A DNA stretch of 64,000 nucleotides from Phycisphaerae bacterium (GTDB taxonomy: Bacteria > Planctomycetota > Phycisphaerae > UBA1845): NCBI GenBank assembly GCA_963666835.2, contig CAXXGO010000003.1, forward strand, positions 416,001 through 480,000, given 5' to 3'. Position 1 is the stretch's first letter; each line of letters begins with the position of its first letter. The position numbers were made by a program, and so were the translations under genes. The notes below the pieces were generated by a model that saw only the letters and a list, made by a program, of their open reading frames with translations, had not been told where the DNA came from and did no database searches. Positions 30,615 through 40,556 of the stretch are shown one piece after another.

Positions 30615-31093
30615 GACCGGCAAACTCCGTAATCTCGGACAGGCGCTTTTAGTTTCAGATGTTAACTATTGAGTATTGTGTACTAATACGTCGGCAAGTC
30701 AAGTCCGGCCACCGGCAGGAAGGCAGCCGAGGCGGCGGGGAGATAGCCCCATCCCCCAACCACGAGTCTGGCTCAGGAACCCTCCAGGTACCCAACTTCG
30801 ATCCCCAGCGGCTCCAACTGCCATCCGCGCATCCACAAGCCCCACCCCTCTCGCCTCTCTTGTACTACACCAGCCCCCCCGTCCACGATCACCATTCTTC
30901 CCGCGAAGCTGATCCTCGGAGGATCGAAAGCCAACCACGGAGTAACTGGAAGAGGCGCCACCCGGGTAGTCGGCGTCGCGGGAAATTGATCATGATCAGG
31001 ACCGCCCCCGCCCTGGACGAGCGTCACGGGTCTCTTAGACGCTCATATCGGGTGCCGTTGAATAAAGCCGACGATCACTCGATCTTGGCACTG

Positions 31094-31317
31094 TCTGGTG
31101 ACACAACCTCCCAGAATCGCCCTCTCTGGTGACACTACCCCATCTCAGAGGCCGCAATCACCGGTAGTGGCACCGTCACCAGTGTCACCCACAAAAACGT
31201 CAAGACTACCCCGCATGTTGGCGCACCCGTCCCGAGGTGCTGGACCGCACGCGATGGCGACCGGGGCATCCTCGGTCGGTGGCGTTCTTCTGTTGGTGAC
31301 AGCGGTGAAGGTGACGC
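31094..31317. repeat. Cluster of GGTGAC(A) direct and inverted repeats (iteron/ori-like)
   Basis: TCTGGTGACAC at 31094 and 31125; inverted GTCACCAGTGTCACC at 31175; GGTGACAG at 31295; GGTGACGC at 31310. Confidence 0.5.
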
Positions 31318-31914
31318 TACCTCCACTCCGGTCTGCCACCGTACGAATCTCCCGTGGTCCATCCGGCCACCGTTGGGGAGATCCTCCAATACCGACCGTT
31401 TCCAGTTCCAGACCATACGCGCGTACAGGAATTCCGAAACAGCGTCGTTCTTGCTTGGCCAGAGCTATCCCCGCCCCTTACGCGCTCAGTTGCTTATGCA
31501 CCGAGTTGTTCACAGACTCAGTCGTGGGTCTGGGGGAACGTGCTCCGAACGCCCACGGGCGACTCTGCTTCTGGGCGTGCATCTTGATCACCCGCAAGGG
31601 CGATGGCAGAACGGCGAAACCTCCGCTGCCCTCAGATTGCGCAGAATCGTACTCCCACCGTTGTAGATGTGCGCGGGTCCGACTCTTGCCACTGAAGCGG
31701 CAGATCGGCCAGCACAGGGCGTTACTGGGGGCCGGAAACCGATTATAATGCTTGACCCTTGGTCAAGAGGTCGCCAAGGGTTGGTTCTTGGTCTTGCCCC
31801 TCAAACACCCCCGTTTTTGTGGCATTATTCGACGCGCGTCTTGGTCTTGGAAGTGGACACAAACAACAGTGTGCGCCTATGTATACAGTGTTTGCCGATC
31901 TTCGGCGCGCAACT

Positions 31915-31956
31915 CTGGGGGTCAAGAGGTCGCTGGTTCGAATCCAGTCGCCCCGA
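31915..31956 (+). mobile_element. att site: 3' half of tRNA-Pro(GGG) starting at the anticodon loop (not an intact tRNA)
   Basis: CTGGGGG-TCAAG-AGGTC-GCTGG-TTCGAAT-CCAGT-CGCCCCG-A has the anticodon loop, T-arm and acceptor 3' strand. No 5' acceptor strand or D-arm upstream. Confidence 0.85.
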
Positions 31957-32266
31957 TCGTAAAGCCATTTGTTTTCAACTACTTACGGACGTTTTCGGAC
32001 CTTTGACGAGGCAGCGCGAACGGCTTCTTCTCGGTCTGTTGGGCCAACGTCCCAACGACTCAACAACGCCGTGGCGTAACGTTAAACCCGGGTCTTGGCC
32101 GTGCCGTTCCTCGCAGGCAGTGCGGGGAACGGCGACAGCGTGGATTGGACGCAAACGTCTACACGTGGCGATTCGCTAGTTGCTTTGCATGGCTGACTGC
32201 CCCATCCGGGTCTCCGGCTCGGGCGGCGGTTACGTATACACGCCGCGTATAGCCGCACAACGCAGA

Positions 32267-33016
32267 TCAGATCGGCTGCGCGGTTGGTCGGAACAGGATC
32301 TCGTTCACATCCACGTCTTGCGGCTCGTTGATTGCGAACGCGACCATACGAGCAAAGGTCTCGGCCGGAACGGCGATCCGGCTTACGAACTCCTTAGTTG
32401 CGGCCTGGATCTTCTCTTCACTTATGTGCTCAAGCAATTCGCTTGCGACAGCACCCGGCGAGATTACGGTCGTTCTAATGCCATAAGGCTTGACTTCCTG
32501 ACGAAGGCCCTCCGACAGAGCCCGAACAGCAAACTTCGTAGCACAATAGACTGTGGCGTCAGGACCGAGTTTATGACCGTAAACGGAGGACACGTTGATG
32601 AGATGGCCGCTTTTCTGCTGCTTCATATACGGCAACGCCGCCGCTATTCCGTAGAGCACACCCTTGAGGTTCACGTCGATCATCTGATCCCATTCTTCGG
32701 TCTTGAGCTTCTCGAGCGGCGCAAGTGGCATCAGGCCGGCGTTGTTGAGCATGACATCGACCCGACCGTAGGTGTCAACCGCCTTGTCGACGAGCTCCTT
32801 GACTTGCTGCCGGTCAGTAACATCCGTAGCCACGGCCAGTGCCTTTCCGCCCTTGCCCTTGAGTTCGCCGGCCAATGCAGTGATGCGATCCGCTCTCCGC
32901 GCCGCCAGCACAACCGTTGCCCCTTCTGAAGACAGCAGCCGCGCGGTTGCCTCTCCAAGACCACTGCTGGCCCCGGTGATAACGACGACTTTACCTTCGA
33001 TATTCTCAGCGATCAT
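32267..33016 (-). CDS. SDR family oxidoreductase (NADP-dependent YdfG-like)
   Basis: [17 protein letters not shown] (YxxxK). Confidence 0.95.
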   Translation of the reverse strand: MIAENIEGKVVVITGASSGLGEATARLLSSEGATVVLAARRADRITALAGELKGKGGKALAVATDVTDRQQVKELVDKAVDTYGRVDVMLNNAGLMPLAPLEKLKTEEWDQMIDVNLKGVLYGIAAALPYMKQQKSGHLINVSSVYGHKLGPDATVYCATKFAVRALSEGLRQEVKPYGIRTTVISPGAVASELLEHISEEKIQAATKEFVSRIAVPAETFARMVAFAINEPQDVDVNEILFRPTAQPI

Positions 33017-33073
33017 TGTTGGATTCCTTTCGTTGATCTCTGGGGTCGAGTGACAAACTCCTCGCGCTCCCGG

Positions 33074-33157
33074 TTACTCCCCGTAATCACCGTCAGTCAC
33101 GTGTTCCATCCACTCCACGGGACTACCATCCTGCGCCTCCTGAATGGCGATGTGTCG
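33074..33157 (-). pseudogene. C-terminal remnant of a cupin-domain protein
   Basis: RHIAIQEAQDGSPVEWMEHVTDGDY* matches the typical cupin C-terminus (THIAIQE.LDG..V.WME.V.D..Y); no N-terminal part is present. Confidence 0.65.
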
Positions 33158-33495
33158 CTCCTTTGAGTTGTGCGTGGCAGCAGCCGCGCTCACGATGCGT
33201 TAGTGTCTGCTCGCCATCCCCGTCCGATAAAAAGCAGCATAAGGCGATCTCAGGACAGCATCAAGAGTGCTAACACAACGCGGAAACCAAGTGCAGAAAA
33301 TGGTGGACATCCATGCAGAAGAACCTGATATAATGACGTTTTGAGTCGGGGATGCTGCCGACAGCGAACCCGGTGTCGAGGGCTGAGAGCTCATCTTATC
33401 TGTCTGCAGGATCCTCTCCACGTATTGCCATCTGGCTAAGCAACCGGCACGCACCGGGCTTAAGCGTGCGTTGAGACACATCGGAGATCGATGAA

Positions 33496-34830
33496 ATGAG
33501 ATCAGCCACATTGGGGATATTTTTCGTAACCACCGGTCTGTTCCTTACGTCGGGGTCGAACACCCAGGGCGAGCCGGTCGGCACAGCGTTTACATATCAG
33601 GGGCAGTTGAAGCGCGCCGGCGTTCCCGTTACGGGGTCGGTGGACTTCGAGTTCAGCATGTGGACGGCCGCATCAGGCGGTACACGGCTGGCGGTCATTG
33701 GGCCTGTTACGCTGGAACTCGTGGACGGGCTGTTTACCGAGCGGCTCGATTTCGGCGAGGGAGTGTTCACGGGAGACGCGAGGTGGCTGGAGGTTCTCGT
33801 GGAGGATACGTTGGGCGCCCGGGCTACGTTATCCCCACGCCAGCAGATAACGACTACACCTTACGCGCTCACGGCGAAACAGGCTGAGGATCTCGAATTG
33901 CCCTTTTCCGGGACGGTCGACACGGCGGCCATCGGAGTGGCTCTGACCCAGGTGGGTTCGGGGAGGGTGCTCAGCCTGAATAAGACGGGAGGGGGAAGTG
34001 AGGCGGTGGTGTACGCCAGCCAAGGTGGGACCGGGGCCTGTGGTCAATTCCTGGTCGCCAACCAGGCGAACAGCAATGCGGCAGTGGAGGCAACGAGTGC
34101 CGGTTCCGGCCCTGGAGTGCATGGGAAGGCCGCAGCGAGCGGGGTGGCGGTGAAGGGCACGGCGTTGGGGAGTGGGCGGGCGGCGTCCTTCCACACGGAG
34201 TACGCCACGAACGACAGCCCCACGGTCTACGCCGAACAGAAGGGCGGAGGTCGGTGCGGACATTTTCGGATTACCAACGCCAATAACGACACTGACTCTG
34301 TGGCCGCCTCGACGACGGGCGATGGGGCCGCAGTGTCAGGTTACACAATCGGCGAAGGCTCCGCCGGCAAGTTCGAGATTAACAACACGAGCAGCGTTGC
34401 GCCGGCCGTTTTCGCGAAGACCAACGGCAGCGGCTACGCGGTCTCGGCCGAGTCGGCAACCGATGCCGCGCCCTCCGGCGGTGGTACTGTCATCATCGGT
34501 TCGCCGGGCGGGCTGAACGTTGTCCTTGACAAGGACGAGGTCATGGCTCGCAACAACGGAGAAACACCGACCCTGTTCATAAACAACGACGGCGGGGACG
34601 TAGTGTTCGGCGGGGCCATCGACATTGGGTACGAGCGCGTCAGCTTCAGTAGTTCGAGTGACCACGCCGAGGTTCACTGCCCTGCGGGGAAGAAGGTGAT
34701 CAGCGGAGGATGCTCCTGTGGTATGGACGATGTCCAACTCTCGTACCCCCCCGAGGATGGGGACAGTTGGTATTGCCTGTGCAGCGGTGACGGCACGAGC
34801 GCCATTGCGATTTGCGCGAACGTGAAATAG
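33496..34830 (+). CDS. Secreted beta-helix/fibre-like repeat protein with GTAFTYQGQL N-terminal domain
   Basis: Signal peptide; AFTYQGQL...FSMW...DGLF...LDFG...RWLEV...PRQ.IT.TPYA; Gly/Ala-rich repeats; Cys-rich tip. Confidence 0.75.
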   Translation: MRSATLGIFFVTTGLFLTSGSNTQGEPVGTAFTYQGQLKRAGVPVTGSVDFEFSMWTAASGGTRLAVIGPVTLELVDGLFTERLDFGEGVFTGDARWLEVLVEDTLGARATLSPRQQITTTPYALTAKQAEDLELPFSGTVDTAAIGVALTQVGSGRVLSLNKTGGGSEAVVYASQGGTGACGQFLVANQANSNAAVEATSAGSGPGVHGKAAASGVAVKGTALGSGRAASFHTEYATNDSPTVYAEQKGGGRCGHFRITNANNDTDSVAASTTGDGAAVSGYTIGEGSAGKFEINNTSSVAPAVFAKTNGSGYAVSAESATDAAPSGGGTVIIGSPGGLNVVLDKDEVMARNNGETPTLFINNDGGDVVFGGAIDIGYERVSFSSSSDHAEVHCPAGKKVISGGCSCGMDDVQLSYPPEDGDSWYCLCSGDGTSAIAICANVK

Positions 34831-34890
34831 CACAGGCCGGCGATGCCGTACGTATGGTTCGCCGATCATCATCGTATCGCCCGAGCTTCA

Positions 34891-35127
34891 CTACTCCCGC
34901 CCGGGCTCTAACGGCTTAGCCTCCAGGGTGCCGTCGGATCGTCCCTGCAGTTGCAGGATCTTCTGCTCGGCCTTGGCGAGCGTACCGCGGCAATGCTGGA
35001 CCAGCTTCATGCCCTCTTCGTACTTCTTAATGGAGTCCTCGAGACCGATCTCGCCCTTTTCGATCTGCTCGGCGATCGCTTCGAGCTGTCCGAGGGCCTC
35101 TTCAAACGTTACCTTTTTCTTGCCCAT
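34891..35127 (-). CDS. xseB: Exodeoxyribonuclease VII small subunit
   Basis: TFEEALGQLEAI...LEDSIKKYEEGMKL..C...L..AEQKI; adjacent to xseA. Confidence 0.95.
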   Translation of the reverse strand: MGKKKVTFEEALGQLEAIAEQIEKGEIGLEDSIKKYEEGMKLVQHCRGTLAKAEQKILQLQGRSDGTLEAKPLEPGRE

Positions 35128-35129
35128 GA

Positions 35130-36689
35130 TTAGTCGAATAACTCCAGTTGGTTTAGATTGACAACCCCAGCTTCGAACTCACCGTCGGTCAGCTCGGTTA
35201 CGATTCGATCGTGGTCGTGTAGTTGGCTGAGCGAACGGACCACCCGCCGCCCTTTCTTGGTTCGCGTGATGGAGAAACCGCGGCCGATTACGCTCTTGTA
35301 ACTCAAAGCCGCCAACAGATCCTCCTCACCGCGAATGCGCTCCGTCAGAACGGCGATTCGCCGTTGCAGTGCCGCGGCGAACCTCGCGGCACACCGGTCA
35401 ACCTCGTCACGGCGCCTTTCAACAAGGTGCCTCGGCGAACTCTGTGCCACCCGCCCGACAACGCCGCGAAGATCGACCGCAAGCTCACCCATACGTCGCC
35501 GAACAGCCCAGTCGATCCGGTGCTGAGCATCGCGCAGCTCGAGCGTGGTCCGCAACAGGTAAGTGTGCGGGGCGATGCGCTGAACTACGCGTTCGAGGGC
35601 ATCGAGGCGGCTACGAACGAAGCTAACCCGCTCGACAAACGCCCGCTGCATCCGCACGTTCGATTCGTCAACAGCCTGTTCACGCCGATGCACCGTAGCC
35701 AACGGCTCGGCAAAGACCCGCCGGTGCAGCAAACCAGCAAGCCGGGCACCCTGCAGGTCGGCATTCCCCATAATCGCCCGCGTCATGCGACCGCAAAGCG
35801 CATCCAACGCATCGAGCACCTCATCGAGAACGGGAACGGCAATCTCCGCGGCAGCGGTGGGCGTAGCGGCGCGCACATCGGCGACCAGATCCGCAATCGT
35901 GACGTCCACTTCGTGCCCTACCGCGCTGATGGTCGGAATACGGCCGGCATGAATCGCCCGAGCAACGGCCTCGTCGTTGAAGGCCCACAGGTCCTCGAGC
36001 GATCCGCCCCCCCGCCCGACAATCAGCAGATCGACCCGGCCGAGCCGCTCGGAATTCGCGTTGATTCGTTTGACGGCCGCGGCAATCTCTGCCGCCGCCC
36101 CCGGACCTTGTACTCGGACCGGATACAGCATCAACTGCACGCACGGGTACCGCCGCGCGATCGTCCGCAATATATCCGCAAGCGCCGCTCCGGTAGGACT
36201 GGTCACCAGGGCAATCCGGCGCGGATATTTCGGCAAGGAACGTTTGTGCCGTTCGTCAAAAAGGCCCTCGCCCGCGAGCTTCTCGCAAAGCTGTCGAAAG
36301 GCCAGCTCGAGAGCGCCAACGCCACGCGGCTCCAGCTTGCGAACATAGAGCTGATACCGACCGGCCCGCTCGAACACCTCCACCGCACCGGTGGCAACGA
36401 CCTCCAAGCCGTCCTGGGGATCGAACTTCAACTTACCGGCAGCACTCCGCCACATCACCGAGGAGATCTCGCTGGACTGGTCCTTGAGCGTGAAATACAG
36501 GTGTCCGCTGGAGTGGCGTTTGAAGTTGCTGATCTCCCCGACCACATGAACCGTGGGAGGCAGAGCCGATTCGATGGCACCCTTTACCATCGCGGTAAGT
36601 TGCGACACGCTCAACGGAGTTGCGGTTGCCGTAGCTCGCTTCTGTTGCGGCGGGCGAATCAGATCAGGGTTGAATGGTTCACGAGTCAT
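35130..36689 (-). CDS. xseA: Exodeoxyribonuclease VII large subunit
   Basis: GEISNF..HSSGHLYFTLKD, TSPTGAA, RGGGSLEDLWAFN, SAVGHEVD, TPTAAAE. Confidence 0.97.
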   Translation of the reverse strand: MTREPFNPDLIRPPQQKRATATATPLSVSQLTAMVKGAIESALPPTVHVVGEISNFKRHSSGHLYFTLKDQSSEISSVMWRSAAGKLKFDPQDGLEVVATGAVEVFERAGRYQLYVRKLEPRGVGALELAFRQLCEKLAGEGLFDERHKRSLPKYPRRIALVTSPTGAALADILRTIARRYPCVQLMLYPVRVQGPGAAAEIAAAVKRINANSERLGRVDLLIVGRGGGSLEDLWAFNDEAVARAIHAGRIPTISAVGHEVDVTIADLVADVRAATPTAAAEIAVPVLDEVLDALDALCGRMTRAIMGNADLQGARLAGLLHRRVFAEPLATVHRREQAVDESNVRMQRAFVERVSFVRSRLDALERVVQRIAPHTYLLRTTLELRDAQHRIDWAVRRRMGELAVDLRGVVGRVAQSSPRHLVERRRDEVDRCAARFAAALQRRIAVLTERIRGEEDLLAALSYKSVIGRGFSITRTKKGRRVVRSLSQLHDHDRIVTELTDGEFEAGVVNLNQLELFD

Positions 36690-36752
36690 TGCTGCGTCCG
36701 TGCCGGAGCCGGCGGTCGACCTTATTACGCGCGGCGGAAAGTCGCAACGTTC

Positions 36753-38438
36753 CTACTCTGCCAGCGAGTCCTGATTGCGTTGCATAATGATGATCACCGG
36801 ACTGATCTTCCCGGGCACCGGCGTGCCCCACCCGGCCACACTCAGCCAGGACGATCCGGTTCCGAGATATCGAGGGCCAAAGCCGGCTACCGGCGAGTAC
36901 CCCAGCCGACCCGCAACGAGCTCTCGCCGGCAGGCTTCCTGAGTTCCATCAAAATCTTCGTAGTTGTAGCTCGACATAACGAGGTAATCCGGTTGAGGGC
37001 GATCAAAGGACTCCCGGGTCATCTGCACCTTATACGTATTGAAGCCCATCTCATTGAACCGCGGCAGATACTGGGGACTGGAAAACGCCCCCACACTCGC
37101 AACCGGATCGACGTTCTGCTTGAACCAATGCTCCGCCCGGACCCGCGAGTCAGTGAGCATCTCGACATTGACCGCCAACGCATACCCGAGCGACAAAAGC
37201 AGCACAACCGCGGGGATCCCCAAGCGGATCTCCCCCGGCAAAGTGCAACAGCGCCACAGGTCCGCCCCGGCCAAGCCCACCAGAACCGCGAGCATCGCCA
37301 GCGGAGCGAACAGGAAACGGGAGTACACGAAGTCGATCCGCATAATCACGATCACGTAATAGCCCAGCACCGAGGCTAAAACGACCAGGGCAACTCGCCG
37401 ATGCCGGCGAAGGCAATGCACTACGGCAACCGACATCGCCGCCACCATCGGCCAACCGACCGCCGCGGCCGCATACCGAACGGTCGCCAGGAGGAGCTGC
37501 AACTGGTTCGGATATCGCAGTTGCCGGGCGTGCAGCGAGCCGGCGGTCGGATCCAACCAGTAGTTCATCCGATCCCGATAGGATTCGGGATCCGAGAACA
37601 CTCCGTACAACAGCAGGTACGGCAGAACGAACGCGACCACGCCTAGCAGCCACTTCATCTGAAACAACGAACGACAAAGGGCCACTCCAAGGGGATGGGC
37701 TTTGAGTGTCCTGCGCGCGTCTTCCACAATCAACGCCAGAGCTAACCCCGCGTACATCCCCCCTACCGCGTCCTTCGTACTTATCGCAAACGACCCTAAC
37801 AGACCGAGCAGTACGGCATCGCTCCACCGGCCTGACCGAAGCAGCCGAGCAAAAAAGAACACGCTCCAGGTGAACCAGAAGACCGAAGGTATGTCGACGT
37901 TGCCCAAGTGGGCAAAATACGTGAATGCGGCACCGATCATCAGCGCCACCGCCGCCAAGACACTGGCGGCCTCGTCGCCGGTTAACACCCGCGCCGCGCT
38001 CCAAAGTCCCAGTCCGGCTCCAATCGCCATGACAACCGTGGCTGCCCGGCCAATCAGAATCAGAAGAGAAATCTTCGGGGCGTGAGGTGGCCTAAGAACC
38101 GTTCGTCCGGTCGCGGGGTCTACGATACGCTCACCGCTGCGTTCCCAATGATTAAGAACGGGTTGGTAAGCTGCCGCCAGAATCAGGTACTGCAGCGGTG
38201 GATACCGCCCGACCCAGGTCTGCGGCCATGCCTCTACCGCCCCTAGCGTCCGAACCCCGGCGATCGTGTCCTGACTCCAGGATACGGTGGCCGGCAGCCC
38301 CCACTTCAGGCCCGGCAGGTAAAGCGCCAGCCCCAGACCTACCAGCAAAAGAGCGCCGCGCCAACACCGCAAGCCGGTACGAGGTTTCCCGTCTTTGGTT
38401 TCGCCGGGCTTCAAGAGTGTCGCCGGTGTTTCACCCAT
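36753..38438 (-). CDS. Glycosyltransferase family 39 / ArnT-PMT-like membrane protein
   Basis: Multi-TM; WGLP..SWSQD, YPPL, AHLGNVD, STK motifs typical of the GT-C fold. Confidence 0.75.
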   Translation of the reverse strand: MGETPATLLKPGETKDGKPRTGLRCWRGALLLVGLGLALYLPGLKWGLPATVSWSQDTIAGVRTLGAVEAWPQTWVGRYPPLQYLILAAAYQPVLNHWERSGERIVDPATGRTVLRPPHAPKISLLILIGRAATVVMAIGAGLGLWSAARVLTGDEAASVLAAVALMIGAAFTYFAHLGNVDIPSVFWFTWSVFFFARLLRSGRWSDAVLLGLLGSFAISTKDAVGGMYAGLALALIVEDARRTLKAHPLGVALCRSLFQMKWLLGVVAFVLPYLLLYGVFSDPESYRDRMNYWLDPTAGSLHARQLRYPNQLQLLLATVRYAAAAVGWPMVAAMSVAVVHCLRRHRRVALVVLASVLGYYVIVIMRIDFVYSRFLFAPLAMLAVLVGLAGADLWRCCTLPGEIRLGIPAVVLLLSLGYALAVNVEMLTDSRVRAEHWFKQNVDPVASVGAFSSPQYLPRFNEMGFNTYKVQMTRESFDRPQPDYLVMSSYNYEDFDGTQEACRRELVAGRLGYSPVAGFGPRYLGTGSSWLSVAGWGTPVPGKISPVIIIMQRNQDSLAE

Positions 38439-38584
38439 CGATTCTGCGTCGGTTGGAAGACCGATTCATAACCCGGCTGATGGCGTCCCGTAACGCACGC
38501 TCCCGGTAGCACAGGCTCCCAGCCTGCCCCCGATGAGCCTTCGCAAGGAAGGACGGATCTACAACCACTTTTCAGAAAACGGCC

Positions 38585-39691
38585 CTACGTCACACGGCCG
38601 GCCACCGCCTGGCACTCCTCCATCACGCGCAACACATTACCGCCCAGGACACCGGTCAACTGCGATTCCGAATAACCGCGCCGCAACAAACCGGCAGTAA
38701 GATACGGCAACTTCGAGCAATCCTCCAGGCCCACCGGGAGCATCGGTACGCCGTCGAAGTCGGACCCGATCCCGACGTGATCCGGTCCGATCACTTGCAG
38801 GGCGTGGTCGAAGTGGTCTACAAGCACCTCCAGCGGGGTCTGATGATCCGTCAGCCGAGCTTTTTCATCTCTCTTCTTGGCCTCCTCATACGCCTGGTAG
38901 TCCGCCAACTCGAGCTTCGGAAAGGCCGGATCGATGAACCCCGCACAAAAGTTGATCTGGACCACACCTCCCGTTGCGGCAATCTCGCGCATCAACGCAT
39001 CGCTGAGATTTCGTTGATGAGCAGCGACGGCCCGACAGGACGAGTGCGATGCTATAATCGGAGCGGCTGATGTCTCCAGAACGTCCCGCACGGTCAGGTC
39101 ATGAACATGCGAGACATCAACCATCATCCCCAGGCGGTTGAGCTCTCTCACCACCTCTCGACCGAAGTCGGTTAACCCGCCATGTTGCGGAGACAACGCC
39201 TCGGCCAGACCGGAAGAATCGGCCCAACTCGTGTGGAACCCGTGCGTAAGTGTCAGATAGCTAGCACCCCGGGCATGATACTCGCGGAGGTTCTCCAGAG
39301 AATCCTCGATCAGGTATCCACCCTCGATGCCGATCAACCCGGCAATCCGATTCTCGACATGAGCCCGGCGAACATCGTCGGCCGTACGGGCGGGCACCAT
39401 GTGGTCTGAGTGCCGCGAGATTGTCGCTTGAATTCGAGCGAGCTGTTCCCGCGCCGCGGCCAATCCAGCCCCCGGTTCGACCGGTCCCGGCACCCAGACG
39501 GCGAAAAACAACGCCGCGACCCCTCCTTCGAGAAGCCGCGGAATATCCACATGCCCCACCTCGTGCCGCTGTCCGAAGTCCCAATCCGGATCCACCAGCC
39601 GGCCCGTCGTATCGCAGTGGGTATCCACGACCGCGACCCGCCCGTGTAGCCTTTTCGCGCGCTCAACGTAGCCGTCGGAATGTATGTCCAT
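38585..39691 (-). CDS. Membrane dipeptidase (peptidase M19)
   Basis: VDTHCD, GHVDIPR, GIEGG, YLTLTH, MVDVSH, IASHS, HVGIGSDFDG. Confidence 0.93.
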   Translation of the reverse strand: MDIHSDGYVERAKRLHGRVAVVDTHCDTTGRLVDPDWDFGQRHEVGHVDIPRLLEGGVAALFFAVWVPGPVEPGAGLAAAREQLARIQATISRHSDHMVPARTADDVRRAHVENRIAGLIGIEGGYLIEDSLENLREYHARGASYLTLTHGFHTSWADSSGLAEALSPQHGGLTDFGREVVRELNRLGMMVDVSHVHDLTVRDVLETSAAPIIASHSSCRAVAAHQRNLSDALMREIAATGGVVQINFCAGFIDPAFPKLELADYQAYEEAKKRDEKARLTDHQTPLEVLVDHFDHALQVIGPDHVGIGSDFDGVPMLPVGLEDCSKLPYLTAGLLRRGYSESQLTGVLGGNVLRVMEECQAVAGRVT

Positions 39692-39960
39692 AGCGCGCGA
39701 TTGTATCACAGAGCCTGTTCCAACGCCCTCGTGCCAAGCTGAAATGCCCGGCAGTACTGCGGACGTGACCATTATAGGACCATCGCCCACCCTGGCCTCT
39801 CGGCCGATCCCCGGCCGCTCCGAGACCGATAATTTGCGAATGTTACCCGCGAATCCTCTCGATAGTTATGGGATGAAGTACCCCGAGTTTAGAGAGCGGT
39901 AGAACCCTCGCGAGGTGAGACAGATCACGACTCGCGATCAGAGCCTTGAGGAGCAAGCCA

Positions 39961-40476
39961 ATGTCCGGAACGTCTCGTCGTTTGATTCTCCTTCCCGTCG
40001 TGCTCGCTGCCGTATCAGCCTGCAACAGCCAGGTGAAGAACGCCACCGAAATCCAGCAAACACGCATGGATGACATGAAATGGGAGCTGCGTCCGCACCT
40101 GACCTACATGGTGGACAATGCCATGTTGCACGACATGTCCATCGCGGACATCCACTTCGTACCGCACACCAGCGAGCTGAGCGGAACCGGGATCGTCAAA
40201 CTCGACCGCTTCGCCATCCTGCTCGACACGTACGGGGGAACTCTCCGGTACGACACCTTCATCGAAGATGAGGAGCTGATCGAGCAACGCCTGGAGCACA
40301 CTCGAGAGTATCTCGCGATGGCCGGCTGCGACATGAGCCGGGTACGCGTCGAGACAATGATGCCGGGCGGTAGAGGCCTGCCCGCAGTCGATGCGATCGA
40401 AGCTAAAGAGCGCGCGGAGACTCAAGCTTCCGGCTCCCAAGCCGCAGGCATGATGATGCCGATCGCCGGTCAGTAA
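39961..40476 (+). CDS. Lipoprotein, hypothetical
   Basis: GAGGAG SD; lipobox VSAC after a hydrophobic stretch. Confidence 0.7.
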   Translation: MSGTSRRLILLPVVLAAVSACNSQVKNATEIQQTRMDDMKWELRPHLTYMVDNAMLHDMSIADIHFVPHTSELSGTGIVKLDRFAILLDTYGGTLRYDTFIEDEELIEQRLEHTREYLAMAGCDMSRVRVETMMPGGRGLPAVDAIEAKERAETQASGSQAAGMMMPIAGQ

Positions 40477-40556
40477 GCTAACCGGCCGGCCGGATAATGG
40501 GGAAAGTCCACCGAATCACAGTAACACGAGGGCACGTACGAGAGGTGATGCCAGCC

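Noticed and set aside
31915..31956. Intact tRNA-Pro gene
   Set aside because: The 5' acceptor strand, D-arm and 5' anticodon stem are missing, so it is treated as an att remnant.
35223..37379. 718-aa + strand ORF and many other long shadow ORFs (e.g. 11348..12751, 51149..52507, 40713..41744)
   Set aside because: They lie antisense to well-supported genes and lack recognisable motifs, which is typical of high-GC DNA.
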